In this document: positions 1-11,499 of the stretch, in pieces
Position numbering within the stretch: the first letter of the stretch is position 1
Layout of the letters: the number at the start of each line of letters is the position of its first letter
Assembly: GCF_001194135.2 (NCBI RefSeq)
Contig: NC_068982.1
Span: 35,955,154-36,004,698, forward strand
DNA from: Octopus bimaculoides
Taxonomy: Eukaryota
DNA: 49,545 nucleotides
Direction of reading: 5' to 3'
Position numbers and translations under genes: made by a program
Notes under the pieces: generated by a model
Databases searched by the model: none
What the model was told of the DNA's origin: nothing
What the model saw: only the letters and a program-made list of their open reading frames with translations

Positions 1-317
1 ATATATATACATACGTATGTATATATACACACATAACTATACACAAATATATATACACATACATATATACATACATCTTGTTGGAATTTACAAAACAACA
101 AGCAAAAGAAAGACATTCTGCTTAGCGAAGACATCTGGGAAATGTACATCTGCTGTCATTCACAGAGAAACTATTGTTTTACCATTAGAAAATCACTGTT
201 AAAGTGTTAAGTAAAACTTGGCAATCGAGGATCGAACCCACGCTATGCCTGCATGAAGCCACTACAAATACATTGTGGAATAATAAAAAAATTTATCTAC
301 TCCCATGGAAAAAGTGT

Positions 318-1420
318 AACTGTAAAAATGCAGAATTATCGGTATAATGGGCATTCAAAAAAGTATGTATGTATAGAAATGTATGAATAAAGTCTTTAAG
401 GTTTAAGATTCAAATCAAAGAAGTGCAATAATAATGTTTAGCAGTTCAAAACTGAGTAGTGAAATGCAGAATTAGGTCGGCTGATCTTGAGAATCAAATA
501 TTGCTTCGCTAAAGCTACAGGTGGTATGGGTAATTCCCCTTGGGTTGTTTAAATGAAATATTAGTAATATATAATAAATAGAAGGATCCATTGGAGGGGC
601 CCTATTATCGATTTTTTTTCAACAATCTAAGTATGACACGAGGTTTCCAGACGTGACTTCTACTCATGTGTCAAATAAAGTATAAAAGTGATATTGTCTG
701 CAAAAATTAGAAATTGGACACACAAAAAATCAATATTAAAAGTAATCGAACCAGTAAAATATTTCTTAATTCGATGGCTCAATTTGTTTCATGAAACTGT
801 TGTATGAAGTATAAATAAGCAATAAATATTATGATTTGTAAAATACGTATAAGTGATAGAGGGTATCCCAACTGAATGTGGTATGGAAGTTTGGTTTCAT
901 TTTTTAAGAATTTTGAGCATTCAAGGTATCAAAACTGTGAGTAATGAAATGGAGAATTAAGTCCATGGAATCTGGAAACAAAAATTTATGTATTGTCATT
1001 GGAAACGTTTAACTGGAAAAATGCAGAATTATCGGAGTTATGGGCATTGAAAGTCTACATGCATAAAGAAAGTGCAATAATAAGGTATAGCAGTTGAAAA
1101 CTGTGAGTAGTGAAATGCAGAATTAGGTCTGCTGTTCATGAGAATCAAATATTGATTGCTTCACTAAAAACTAACAACTGTAAATGCAGGTGATTTGGGT
1201 TATTTCCCTTGAGAGTTTAAACAAATAGTGGAAGGGCTATGGGTTATTTCCCTTGGGTGTTAAAAAAAAAATAGTTATATGAGGTGGATATAAAGTCCCC
1301 TTCCAGGAACTGCATTATAAATTTTTTTAACAATCTAAGTATTTCACGAGATTTCCAGACATGACTTCTACTCATGTGTAAAGTTTCATCAAAATCAATA
1401 AAATGATGTAGGAGGACTTA
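318..1420. repeat. Two diverged copies (~318-671 and ~1008-1379) of a composite repeat with internal sub-repeats
   Basis: Shared blocks AATGCAGAATTATCGG, AAGTGCAATAATAA, GAGTAGTGAAATGCAGAATTAGGTC and CAATCTAAGTAT..CACGAG.TTTCCAGAC.TGACTTCTACTCATGTGT. Confidence 0.7.
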
Positions 1421-1462
1421 ACTAACAACGCCATAAACAAACACACACACCAATTTTTCACA

Positions 1463-1470
1463 TATGTAGT

Positions 1471-1513
<43 letters not shown>

Positions 1514-1650
1514 TATGTACATACACATCTATACATACATATACATATAAACATACATACATATACATCCATATACCTACATATACACATACACAACAGA
1601 TACATATACACATACATACATACACATACATACATATATATATATATATG
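1463..1650. repeat. (TA)n/(TACA)n microsatellite tract
   Basis: Direct reading. Similar tracts at 1-70, 6810-6890, 7080-7142 and 46980-47052. Confidence 0.95.
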
Positions 1651-1923
1651 TATTTATAGATCTCTACTAAAAATTTGATAAAAATATTATACCTGTTATT
1701 AACGTAGCAAAATTCTCATATGACAGGTTGTTAATCATACAATTTTGTGTGCATATCAATTTAAATAAGAGCTATAACGCGATCCATTGTAAAGACTTTA
1801 TTAATGACCTATGAACATTTCGATGCAATATCCCGACTCACTCCTGTATGTTATAAAATATGGAATATTGTATCCAATAACTTTACACCACTGTATGCGG
1901 TGGCTATATAAACAATGTGTTCA

Positions 1924-2009
1924 GAGACAAGAGTGGGTTAGATGAGTGCTGATGAAGGGGTAAAAACCCCCGAAATATGGTATATACACTCATTACCCAT
2001 TTTTGTCTC
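1924..2009 (+). ncRNA. Type I hammerhead ribozyme motif (probably Penelope-like element/retrozyme derived)
   Basis: Core CTGATGA (1949-1955) and GAAA (1972-1975). Stem II GGGG/CCCC with a TAAAAA loop; stem III TAT/ATA; AUA cleavage triplet at 1984-1986. Stem I ATGAGTG/CACTCAT plus a distal 15-bp extension (1924-1938 with 1995-2009). Confidence 0.75.
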
Positions 2010-3281
2010 CAATCTCATTGTTTGTTTACAACTGACGTCTCAATACAAAATGTAGCAAAAATTCAGTGTAGGCTATAATTTCTGTAAAAATAAACTTAAC
2101 AAAATAATATAATGAGTACTGTTAACGCAGTAGGACATGGTATATTGACTCATAAACACATTTAATATACAAGGTTGACCAAAAATTTCCCAACAATAGA
2201 TAAAAATTCTATAAATACTATCCATAATTCTGTATTGACTCGAATGGAAAAATGTGTCACTCAAGGACTTCAGTTTGAACAATTTTCATAAGGTTTCATA
2301 TTTAGATGCTTTTATTAAATTCATTCAGTTGTTAAACAAACAAATCTTGGAATTAAATGGTTTTGATTTACTGTCAGGTGACATTTGTCCAACCCTTACA
2401 TTATATTATATTATGGTTGCATAACGAAATGCCACGTGCCTACAAATCTTTAATAAGCAAATGATCTGCTGCAATCACATACTCCCATATTAAATAGCAC
2501 AAACATGAACAACTACAATAATAGCACAAAAAAAAAGAATAAATAACTTGAAAAACAACACACAAGGATGGGAATTTCAGATGTCAAAAACAGAAATTTG
2601 AAGAGCTTTGTGAAAAAACAAAATTTATGGTAGGAGGTACTTATTTAGAAATTCTACCAAATGAACTACAATTAAAAAGTGATTTAGCTACCCTAATATG
2701 AAAAATCACATGTAGTTTTTAAAATAACAGATGTGACAAACAAGTGAACCGGCTCGAAAGGAAAACAGGAAGTAGAGAACACACTGAAAAGTCATTATTC
2801 AATTTACTACAAAAGGATGACAGACATGAAGCCTTCAAAATAGATGAAAAAATTACATTTTTATGATGAAATATTCAAAATGAAATTAAGAACAGGAAGT
2901 TTCCTGTAATTTTGACTCCATTATGATTAGGTAGTTAAACCTTGTTTTCATTTTGCCTTCTGTTATTATTTTCATCATTAATTTTGAAGATTTATATATA
3001 TGCACAGGCACGGCTGTTTGGTTTACAAGTTCACTTTGCAACTACATGGTTTGGGGTTCAGTCCCATTATGTGGAACCTTGGACAAATGTCTTCTACTAC
3101 AACACCAGACCAAACAATGCTTGTGAGTGAATTTGGTAGATGGAAACTGTGTGGAAGCCCGACATCATCATTTAACGTCTGCTTTCCATGCTGGCATGGG
3201 TTAGACAGTTTGACTAGAACTGGTAAACTAGAGAGCTGTACCCAGTTCCAGTCTGATTTGGCATGGGTACTTTTACATGTC

Positions 3282-3312
<31 letters not shown>

Positions 3313-3707
3313 TATGTAAATATGTGTGTATATGTATACATCATCATCACCATCATTTAACATCCGCCTTCCATGCTGGCACAAGTGGGATGGTTTAACA
3401 AGAGCCAGCCAGGCAGAAGCCATCACCAGATTTCTGTAACTGTTTTAGTAGGATTTGTACAGCTGGATGCCCTTCCTAACATCAACCACTCAGCAGAGTG
3501 GACTCAGTGCTTTTTATATGGCACAAGCATAAGCGAGATCAGTTTTGGCAAGGCTTTTACAGCTGGACGCCCTTCCAAATGCCAACCATTTTACAGTATG
3601 GACTGGGTGCATTTAAGTGGCACCTGCACTGACAGGGTCACCAAGTACTTGCAAGACAGGAAGAAACGTAAAAAAAACAATAAAAAGAAAAAGGAAATAA
3701 AAAACAA

Positions 3708-4682
3708 TTGGGTCATCCCATAAATAATGCAGTTTTTTTTATACTTCCTTTACTTTTCAAAATTCAGATAAACAAAGTTCTTTNNNNNNNNNNNNNNNNN
3801 NNNNNNNNNNNNNNNNNNNNNNNNNNNNNNNNNNNNNNNNNNNNNNNNNNNNNNNNNNNNNNNNNNNNNNNNNNNNNNNNNNNNNNNNNNNNNNNNNNNN
3901 NNNNNNNNNNNNNNNNNNNNNNNNNNNNNNNNNNNNNNNNNNNNNNNNNNNNNNNNNNNNNNNNNNNNNNNNNNNNNNNNNNNNNNNNNNNNNNNNNNNN
4001 NNNNNNNNNNATTTTGAAGACTGTGGAATAAACGATAATCAAATGAGGCAATGTCCAGCAAATATGGTGCCTGGGCATCGTTTCCCATTCAAACTGCTCC
4101 AACCTTTGGAATGTCATCCTTGGTGTATGTGGCCAAGCATTATCCTGATGGAAGAACACCTTTCATCTTGAAACCAAAGATGGTCATTTTTCTTCTAGTG
4201 CTGACTTGAATGACTGGTTGAATGACCAAATCCAAGCTTCTCCACAATTCCTCGACAATTACGATGGGATTTTGTTCCACTAGTGTTTGCAGGACATTCT
4301 CATCAAGTTCAGGATGAGGCTCATCTTCTCGGCTGTAGTTTCTGGCTCAGAATTTCTGGAACCACCGTTGACACTGACTTACGCTTATTGTCTGATCCCC
4401 ATATACTGCATTAATATTCCTCGCACTTTCCATTGCGTTGTTGCCTTTATTGAACTCATAAAGCAAAATATGCCAAATATGCTCCTTTGTCACTTCCATT
4501 ATAGCTTTGAAAAAATAACTGTTAAAATCAAACTGCACTCTTCAAAACTTGCACTAAGAATAAGGACAAGGTAAAATTACTACCTGCTTTTACAGCAAGT
4601 CAATGCAAGTAGTTTATCCTGTCCCCTTCCAACTTTTAGTTCATGCAATTGAAAAAACTGCATTATTTATGGGATGACCCAA
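3708..4682 (-). mobile_element. Internally deleted mariner (Tc1/mariner) transposon
   Basis: Perfect 31-bp TIRs (TTGGGTCATCCCATAAATAATGCAGTTTTTT) at 3708-3738 and 4652-4682, with TA on the right flank. Transposase remnants include MEVTKEHIWHILLYEFNKG...QCQRWFQKF (ATG 4499) and HQDNAWPHT. The element contains an N gap. Confidence 0.9.
3784..4010. other. Assembly gap (N run)
   Basis: Run of N. Confidence 1.
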
Positions 4683-5844
4683 TATATGTGTGCATATATG
4701 TATTTGTCCTCCTCCTACCATCATTCGACCACCAGTGTTGGTTTATTTATATCCCCCGTAACTTAGTGGTTAACCAAAAGAGACTGATAGAATAAGAGCT
4801 AAACATAAAAAAATAAGTATGAGAGTCAATTTGTTTGACTAAACCCTTCAAACCTCAGCATGGCCACAGTCCAATGTAAATATGCACATATATATTTGAT
4901 AATATCTAGTGTTGGTTGGTTTCTCTTTACACTTTACATGGGTGAGGAAGAAAGAGTAAAAGAGTGATACAGAGAGAGTTAACATAAGAGGTGAAGAATG
5001 AATGCACATACTAGGCTTTGTGTCAGGCAATGAGTAAAAGAATATAACACACACAGTGAGAGAGAGAGAGAGGAGGAGAGGGATTCAATAATGCAAGAAG
5101 CACCAATCACTGTTACATTTGTGTGAAAGAGTGTAGGTCCTTAACAGGACTAAACCTTCTGAGTTCTTTTAAAGGACTTAGAAAAACCGAAGGACCACTG
5201 CAATAAGTGCATGAATCTGAGACAGGGATACGTTGAATAAAATTATAATTAACTGATACTCCTGTATTTTCTTTTACCCAAAGCCAGGAACTTTTCAGTA
5301 CCCCCGTGTGTGTGTTTGTGTGTGTGTGTGTATATATATTTGTTCACTATCTTCAGCTCTCTCCCCACCTCTAAACATCTGTAACTCTCTTTTCATACTC
5401 TTATCAACTTACCCTCCCATCTTTCTCAATCCTCTGTCCACAATCTCTCTTACACTCACCTTCATGTACCCTGAGAGTATGCACTGACACCCTATCACTA
5501 ACCATCGTTGTGTTCCTTCAAGCTACTCCAACCCACCCTTATATAATGCAGAATAGCCATGTATCTCCTCTATAGTAACACACCTAAGCCTGTCTCTCTA
5601 TCATACTTTCACATCTGGCATAAAGCCACCTCTCCCAACTTCAACCCCACTCAGCAAGGAAGCGTTTTCTTTGTCTTGCAGGTTAATTGGCAACTTCACT
5701 GATGTCAGATAAAAGTACCCAGTACACTCTGGTAAAGAGTTTAGCAATTACAAAGGCATCCTGCTTGAGAAACCATTCCAAAGCAGATATTGCAGCATGA
5801 TACAGCCCTCTGATTAATTGAATCCTGTCAAACCACCAAGACAC

Positions 5845-6690
5845 ATATACTAATTTTCTACAGAAAGACCTAGATGCCATATATAAATGGGCTGAGGACA
5901 ACATGCAATTTAATGCAAGCAAATTCCAAGTCCTCTGCTACCAGCTAATTAATGCTCAGAAGTCACAATAATAATATTTTGGACCAAAAGGAACAGCAAT
6001 CCTAGAATCACATGCGGTGCATGATCTTGGGATTGATATGAGCAACAATGCCTCGTTTCACATGCATGTCACCAAGATGGTGGCAGTGTGCAAGCGGATG
6101 GCCGGATGGATTCTGAGAACCTTCAGAACAAGGGACCAGAAAACTATGCTGGTCCTATGGAGGACATTTGTCCTCGGCCATCTGGACTACTGCTCTCAAC
6201 TGTGGTCACCTTACACTGTAGGATTAATAGCAGAATTTGAGGCGGTTCAGTGATACTACATGAGGAAGATTGCATCAATGAAACAGCCAAGCTACCGGGA
6301 GAGAATGAAGGAACTACGACTCTACTCACTGGAGCGAAGACAGAAGTATGCAGTCATGTATGTGTGGAAGATACTGGAGGGGGGCTGGCACCAAACTTTG
6401 AAATTGAGAGTTATATCAGACCCCAAACTGGACGTCACTGCACTGTTCCAAAAGTCCCAACTGTCTCATCTAGAGTGAGAACCATATACTGCAATACCTT
6501 GGGATTCAAGGGCCCACAGCTATTTAACTCCTTGCCAAAACATCTGAGGGATCTCCAAGGAGTGGGAGATGTTTTCAAGAAACAACTTGACCTCTTGCTA
6601 TCCAAGATCCCAGATGAACCAATATCAGGGCCGGAAACTCAAAAGAGTGCAGCAGTATCAAACTCCCTCCATGAAGAGCCAAGCCTATAG
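5845..6690 (+). mobile_element. CR1/L2-group LINE, decayed 3' part of ORF2
   Basis: Frameshifted segments LQKDLDAIYKWAEDNMQFNASKFQV, HDLGIDM...GWILRTF...HLDYCSQLWSPY...EAVQ, SYRERMKELRLYSLERR, FNSLPKHLR. Confidence 0.85.
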
Positions 6691-6810
6691 AATTGACCAA
6701 TTAAAAGGTGATTACACTGACAGTGCCCCAGCATGGCCACAGCCTCAAGACTGAAACATATAGAAGAAAATATACATATATTTCACTTTGATCTTAGCCA
6801 AAAGGTCTCT

Positions 6811-6842
<32 letters not shown>

Positions 6843-7093
6843 AACATATATATATGTTATACATATATACGTGCATATACATATATACATACACCCCACC
6901 CATGCCAGCATGGAAGGCAGACGTTAAATGATGATGATATACATGCATATACACATACATTATTCATACACACATCACCCTTTCAGTAGTATTAGGTGTA
7001 TTGCACATCTATGTATATACACATATGCATCTGCAATGATATTCATGTACACAAAAACATAAATTGATGTATATATTGTATGCACACACACAG

Positions 7094-7126
<33 letters not shown>

Positions 7127-8229
7127 GACACACACACACACACTGAGGGCACATAAACCAAGAGAGAGAAAACTTAGGTTACTGTGGGACAGTGAAAACA
7201 ATCGTATGTAGGCAAAAAAAAAACACTCATATAATCAAATAGGAAATAAATAATCACAGGCAAATCAAAATCACCGCATATTGCAGATTGCCAACTAATG
7301 ATGGAAGACTACTGTTTTTCATGCCAATTGAACATTGATTATCTTCCATTGCCAAATACTTCACGGACAGCATGAGAAACTAAACATGATAAAATCAAAT
7401 TCTCTCTTTCTGACTTCATTTCTTACATCATTACTTTAGTATTTTGTGAACAGATTTTAGCTTAAAATACCTGCAATCAATATGATTGAACTATACCGTT
7501 AGTTAATTGTATTTATGTCTTCAATTAGTTGATTTTATCCTATCAATATCTTATATTTATTTGATTTTATCTTTGCATGTGTCCAGTGAATGCTTCCATT
7601 TTGTTTACGTAATCTAAATATTCTTTTTAATGGTTTCTTATTTCATTCTTCAAATTTCATTGAAAGATCAGTGACATGAAACTCAGGGTCATAAAATTTG
7701 AAGTCTCAGCTTTTCAGCTTTAATGATTGTTTGTGTGTGTGTGTGTACACACACATACACATAACACCAAACTTGAAACCAAGGAACAATACACCTAGTT
7801 AAAAAGATTCTAACCAAATGGGAAGTTAACTGAATTACATGAAAATATTTCATATATTTTCATGTTTTATTGGTATTATGTACAAGATTCTGGAAGTACA
7901 ACATGCACTAGTCCCTCACATAGTACAACAAAGTGTTGTACCTAATGACTGACATAGCATCATCAAATGCAACAAAGGCAAATGAGATGCTCCAAAAAGG
8001 TGCAACAACAGAAGCATCAAATTGATGATGGAAGTTATGGAACAAAGCTAATCAGGGAGAGAACTCCCTTGAATAAGAAGCTATTGGGGTTGTGCCAGGA
8101 TGAAGAACTGCTAATGCTCTCTTTATAAAACAAATACAGAAATTCTTAACCCAACAAGCAATCCCCAGTACTTAATTTTCATTGACCTGAAACAGGCTTT
8201 AACAGGGTGCTTTGATAAAACTACAGTGT

Positions 8230-8400
8230 AGATTGGCAGTTACTTAGGAAACAGTGTTAATGAATGGCTTGTAAGTACTGTCCAAGCTAATTACAGGAAT
8301 GCTGTCAACAAGGTGAGTGATAACTACAAGCTTAATGAGGAATTTAGCATAAAAATAGTTAATCAGGGCTGGGTTCTCAACAAGATTTGAACTCAGAAGA
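8230..8400 (+). mobile_element. Decayed RTE-clade LINE reverse-transcriptase fragment
   Basis: LGNSVNEWLVSTVQANYRNAVNKV...EEFSIKIVNQG resembles the RTE RT segment EWLVRAVQAMY...VHQGSVL. Confidence 0.55.
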
Positions 8401-11400
8401 TAACAGGACATGACCAAATCAAACCAAAAATTCAATGTATTGTTTGACATTGTACCAATTCTGCTGGCTATGATGTATACATAAATACATACACACTAAC
8501 ATGTCCATCTCATACACACAATATATATATATAGCATTACAAGTAAATTAAATTTTATCAAACTAAAGGACTTGTACAATTAGCCCTTTTCACCAACATG
8601 TTATAAAATCATGATGAAAATATTTTCTTTATATGCTCAAATGTTTCAAAGGATATTTATAATATACAGATGTCACTGTCATAGAATGGCTCTCTAATGA
8701 GTCATAGTGTAGTAAATAAAACCACTAAAATAATGGTTTAGTAGCTCAATCTCTACCTGAGCACAGGTAACTAGAAATATAGTGATTGAACCTTAACCAG
8801 TTTAATATCAAGCTGCCTGAGACTGCCTGTACCAAAAACACAAGACATAATACACAAAAAGCCTACAATAATTAAATATCATCAAGTATTAATTTGCATA
8901 AATACAGAAAATCACCAAATGACATACAAAAAATACTGAGATTTCTTTCAACATCATTTTATGTTACCCAAAAATGCTACTACATTTCAAATAGATCTTT
9001 AAACTAACTCTTAAGATCAATAACCAATTGCTTTCCTTGTTCAACAATTCAGTTTAACTTATGTAGCTCACATTAAATTTTACTTTTTCTCTGGTGATTT
9101 AAAAAAAATATGACCAAAAATTAGAATGGCAATACATATTTTTTAACAGTTTAAAAACATATAACAATGACATGTCCTTAAGATACTGGCTTATGCGTTG
9201 AACAGTTGATGTGTTAAATCTATGTCCTGGGCAAAATACTAACATTAAAGGAATCAATCCACATTGCTTGAAATAAGTATCACATAAAGGTACAGCTCAC
9301 TACTATAAGAAGCAGCTGACTGTATAACTGACAAATTTTTGTTAGTTCACCAAACCCAAATCTTCTTATGGGTTGCTGAGTACTACAAATATTAGAGAGG
9401 AGTATCATATGACTGAAGCCATCTCACTGAAAGCTTAGCCTACAACCAAAATTATTAGGTTCATTCTATCAGCGAAGCAATGAGTATAAGTTTAATTTAA
9501 AGTAAAAGTTTATGCAGATATTACTTACAACATTAGCAATCAATAAAAATTATTGTGTAAGTTTAAAATTGCTAAATAAAATATTCAAAATAGTAAAGTT
9601 AATAGCATCATTTTGTAGAATTAATGGATTCAAATATAAATATTTGCAAGAACTGTACTGAACAATCACCTATGTCCTGTCAAATACGTGGTTAGTGATG
9701 TGTGTTGAAACTTATTTGAATTTTCAAGACATTAAGTGGTTGAAAAACATCTCTTTATCAGAAAAGAATGTCAGCCTATTACAGCTTTTACTTATGAAAC
9801 GGTTTGAATACAAACTGCAATCTAACAAACATGTGTCATAATACAATACCTCAGTACTGCTTGCCAAATGAACTGTACAAAGGCACCTCTGCATGGTACA
9901 TATTTATAACAAGGTGGAATCAACCATTCAAGGTTAAATGAAACACAGCACAACCAAGAGATTTAGCAATTTATCAACAAAACTCATCCAACTGCAACTT
10001 TCCAAGATTTATCAAGAGTCAAAGAATTATTAAACACAATATATCAAAGAGAGGTTTTTCATCCACGTTATTACAAGTTGAGGTTCATTTTCTCTAAAAA
10101 TTTCAGTATTTTCAAAACAGAGATTTTTCACATAACCATTGCAAAAATGTGAAATGAATATGCTTTTAATAGTGAGAATATTTCACACTTAGTTAAGAAT
10201 ATACTAATATTAACAATGATGATTTGAGTGTGATTTAAAAGTGTAACAAGAAAAAAACTAATGAAATATTAAAATAATCAATTCATTACATAAAACAGAG
10301 GTTCTTCATTGATAAATAATCATTAAAAAGTTGAAAGAAATAAAAATAATAATCTGATCTTATAATCAAGGATTACATAATGTACCATTGAGCTATACAT
10401 CAATGAGTTAATTTGCTCTAACTATTCAAGGCTCCAATGAAGCTGTAAGATGTTACTTAAACACTCAACTATGAGTCCACTGCATCTTATAGCAGAAACA
10501 GCTGTAAGCTAATGAAGTTCATAGAATAATCATTTATTCCTTCATCATCTTATTTTCTTATATATATATATATATATAAATATATATAATCTTACTGTAA
10601 AACACTGTTAAAACCCATACATAGAGGAAATGGGTCTTACAACTATAAAAACATGATTCTGATTTAATTGGGTTTCATTCTAGTCTAATCAAGGCTATAT
10701 AGGCTCTATAGTAAGATTGAAAGAAATCAATACAGATATCTGGAATTAATCATCTGGTGTAGACTGAAGGCAAAGATATGGCAGTGTCATTAAGAAGTTC
10801 AATTGGCAATCACACATTTTGATTCCACTATGCAGCACCTTGGGCAAGTGATCTACCATATCCTTAATTCAACCAAATTCCTGTGAGTGAAACTGGATAA
10901 ACTGAAATCATGCAGATGTACATCAGAAGAACTATGCCTGTTTTTGGATGGTAGAATTAATTTAGAGGACAGTGTACATTAACCATATGATCCTTGGATG
11001 CCATTAACAATCTAATTTGTTGCAAACATTTAGATTCCAGGTCTGTGGCTCAGAGTAAACCACAAGTCATTAGTTATGCTCATCCTGCAAAAATATCATA
11101 GATGATGCTCTTCTTCTTTTGAGTAAGCCATAAAAAAGCCATATGCACAAAAATTATGCAGCACACCATAGAAAGAGTAACTTAATTTTCTATATATATA
11201 CATAAAAAAAATCTCTCTAAAATAATAATATTCTGAATATATATATATATATATATCTCACTCTAAAATAATAATATTCTGAAAATCAATTTTAAATAAA
11301 GATCATAGTATTACAATTAATAAATTGATTCTTTTTTCAAAAAAAAATGAAGAGAATAAAAAGTATGTTTATGAAAATGAAAATGAAAACTAACTTTTGC

Positions 11401-11412
11401 AAGTTCACTTAC

Positions 11413-11499
11413 TTCCTTACTAGGGGAGAATTCTAGCATCAAATTGCATAGAGTTGAAGATGCAACACGTAATACTTCTTCAGGTCCATTCTGCAACAT
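11413..11499 (-). CDS. ARMC8: ARMC8 exon 13 ([29 protein letters not shown])
   Basis: atacag acceptor, GTAAGT donor, 87 nt, phase 0-0. Confidence 0.95.

Noticed and set aside
1372-1635. ORF-track proteins rich in Y/I/C/V/H/T (also 17-202, 3023-3313, 6733-6960, 26456-26663, 46945-47158)
   Set aside because: They are translations of (TA)n/(CA)n microsatellites and SINEs.
10985-11010. Minus-strand VNGIQG resembling ARMC8 'NGIW' of the expected exon 14
   Set aside because: A stop follows within a few codons, there is no further similarity, and there are no suitable splice sites.
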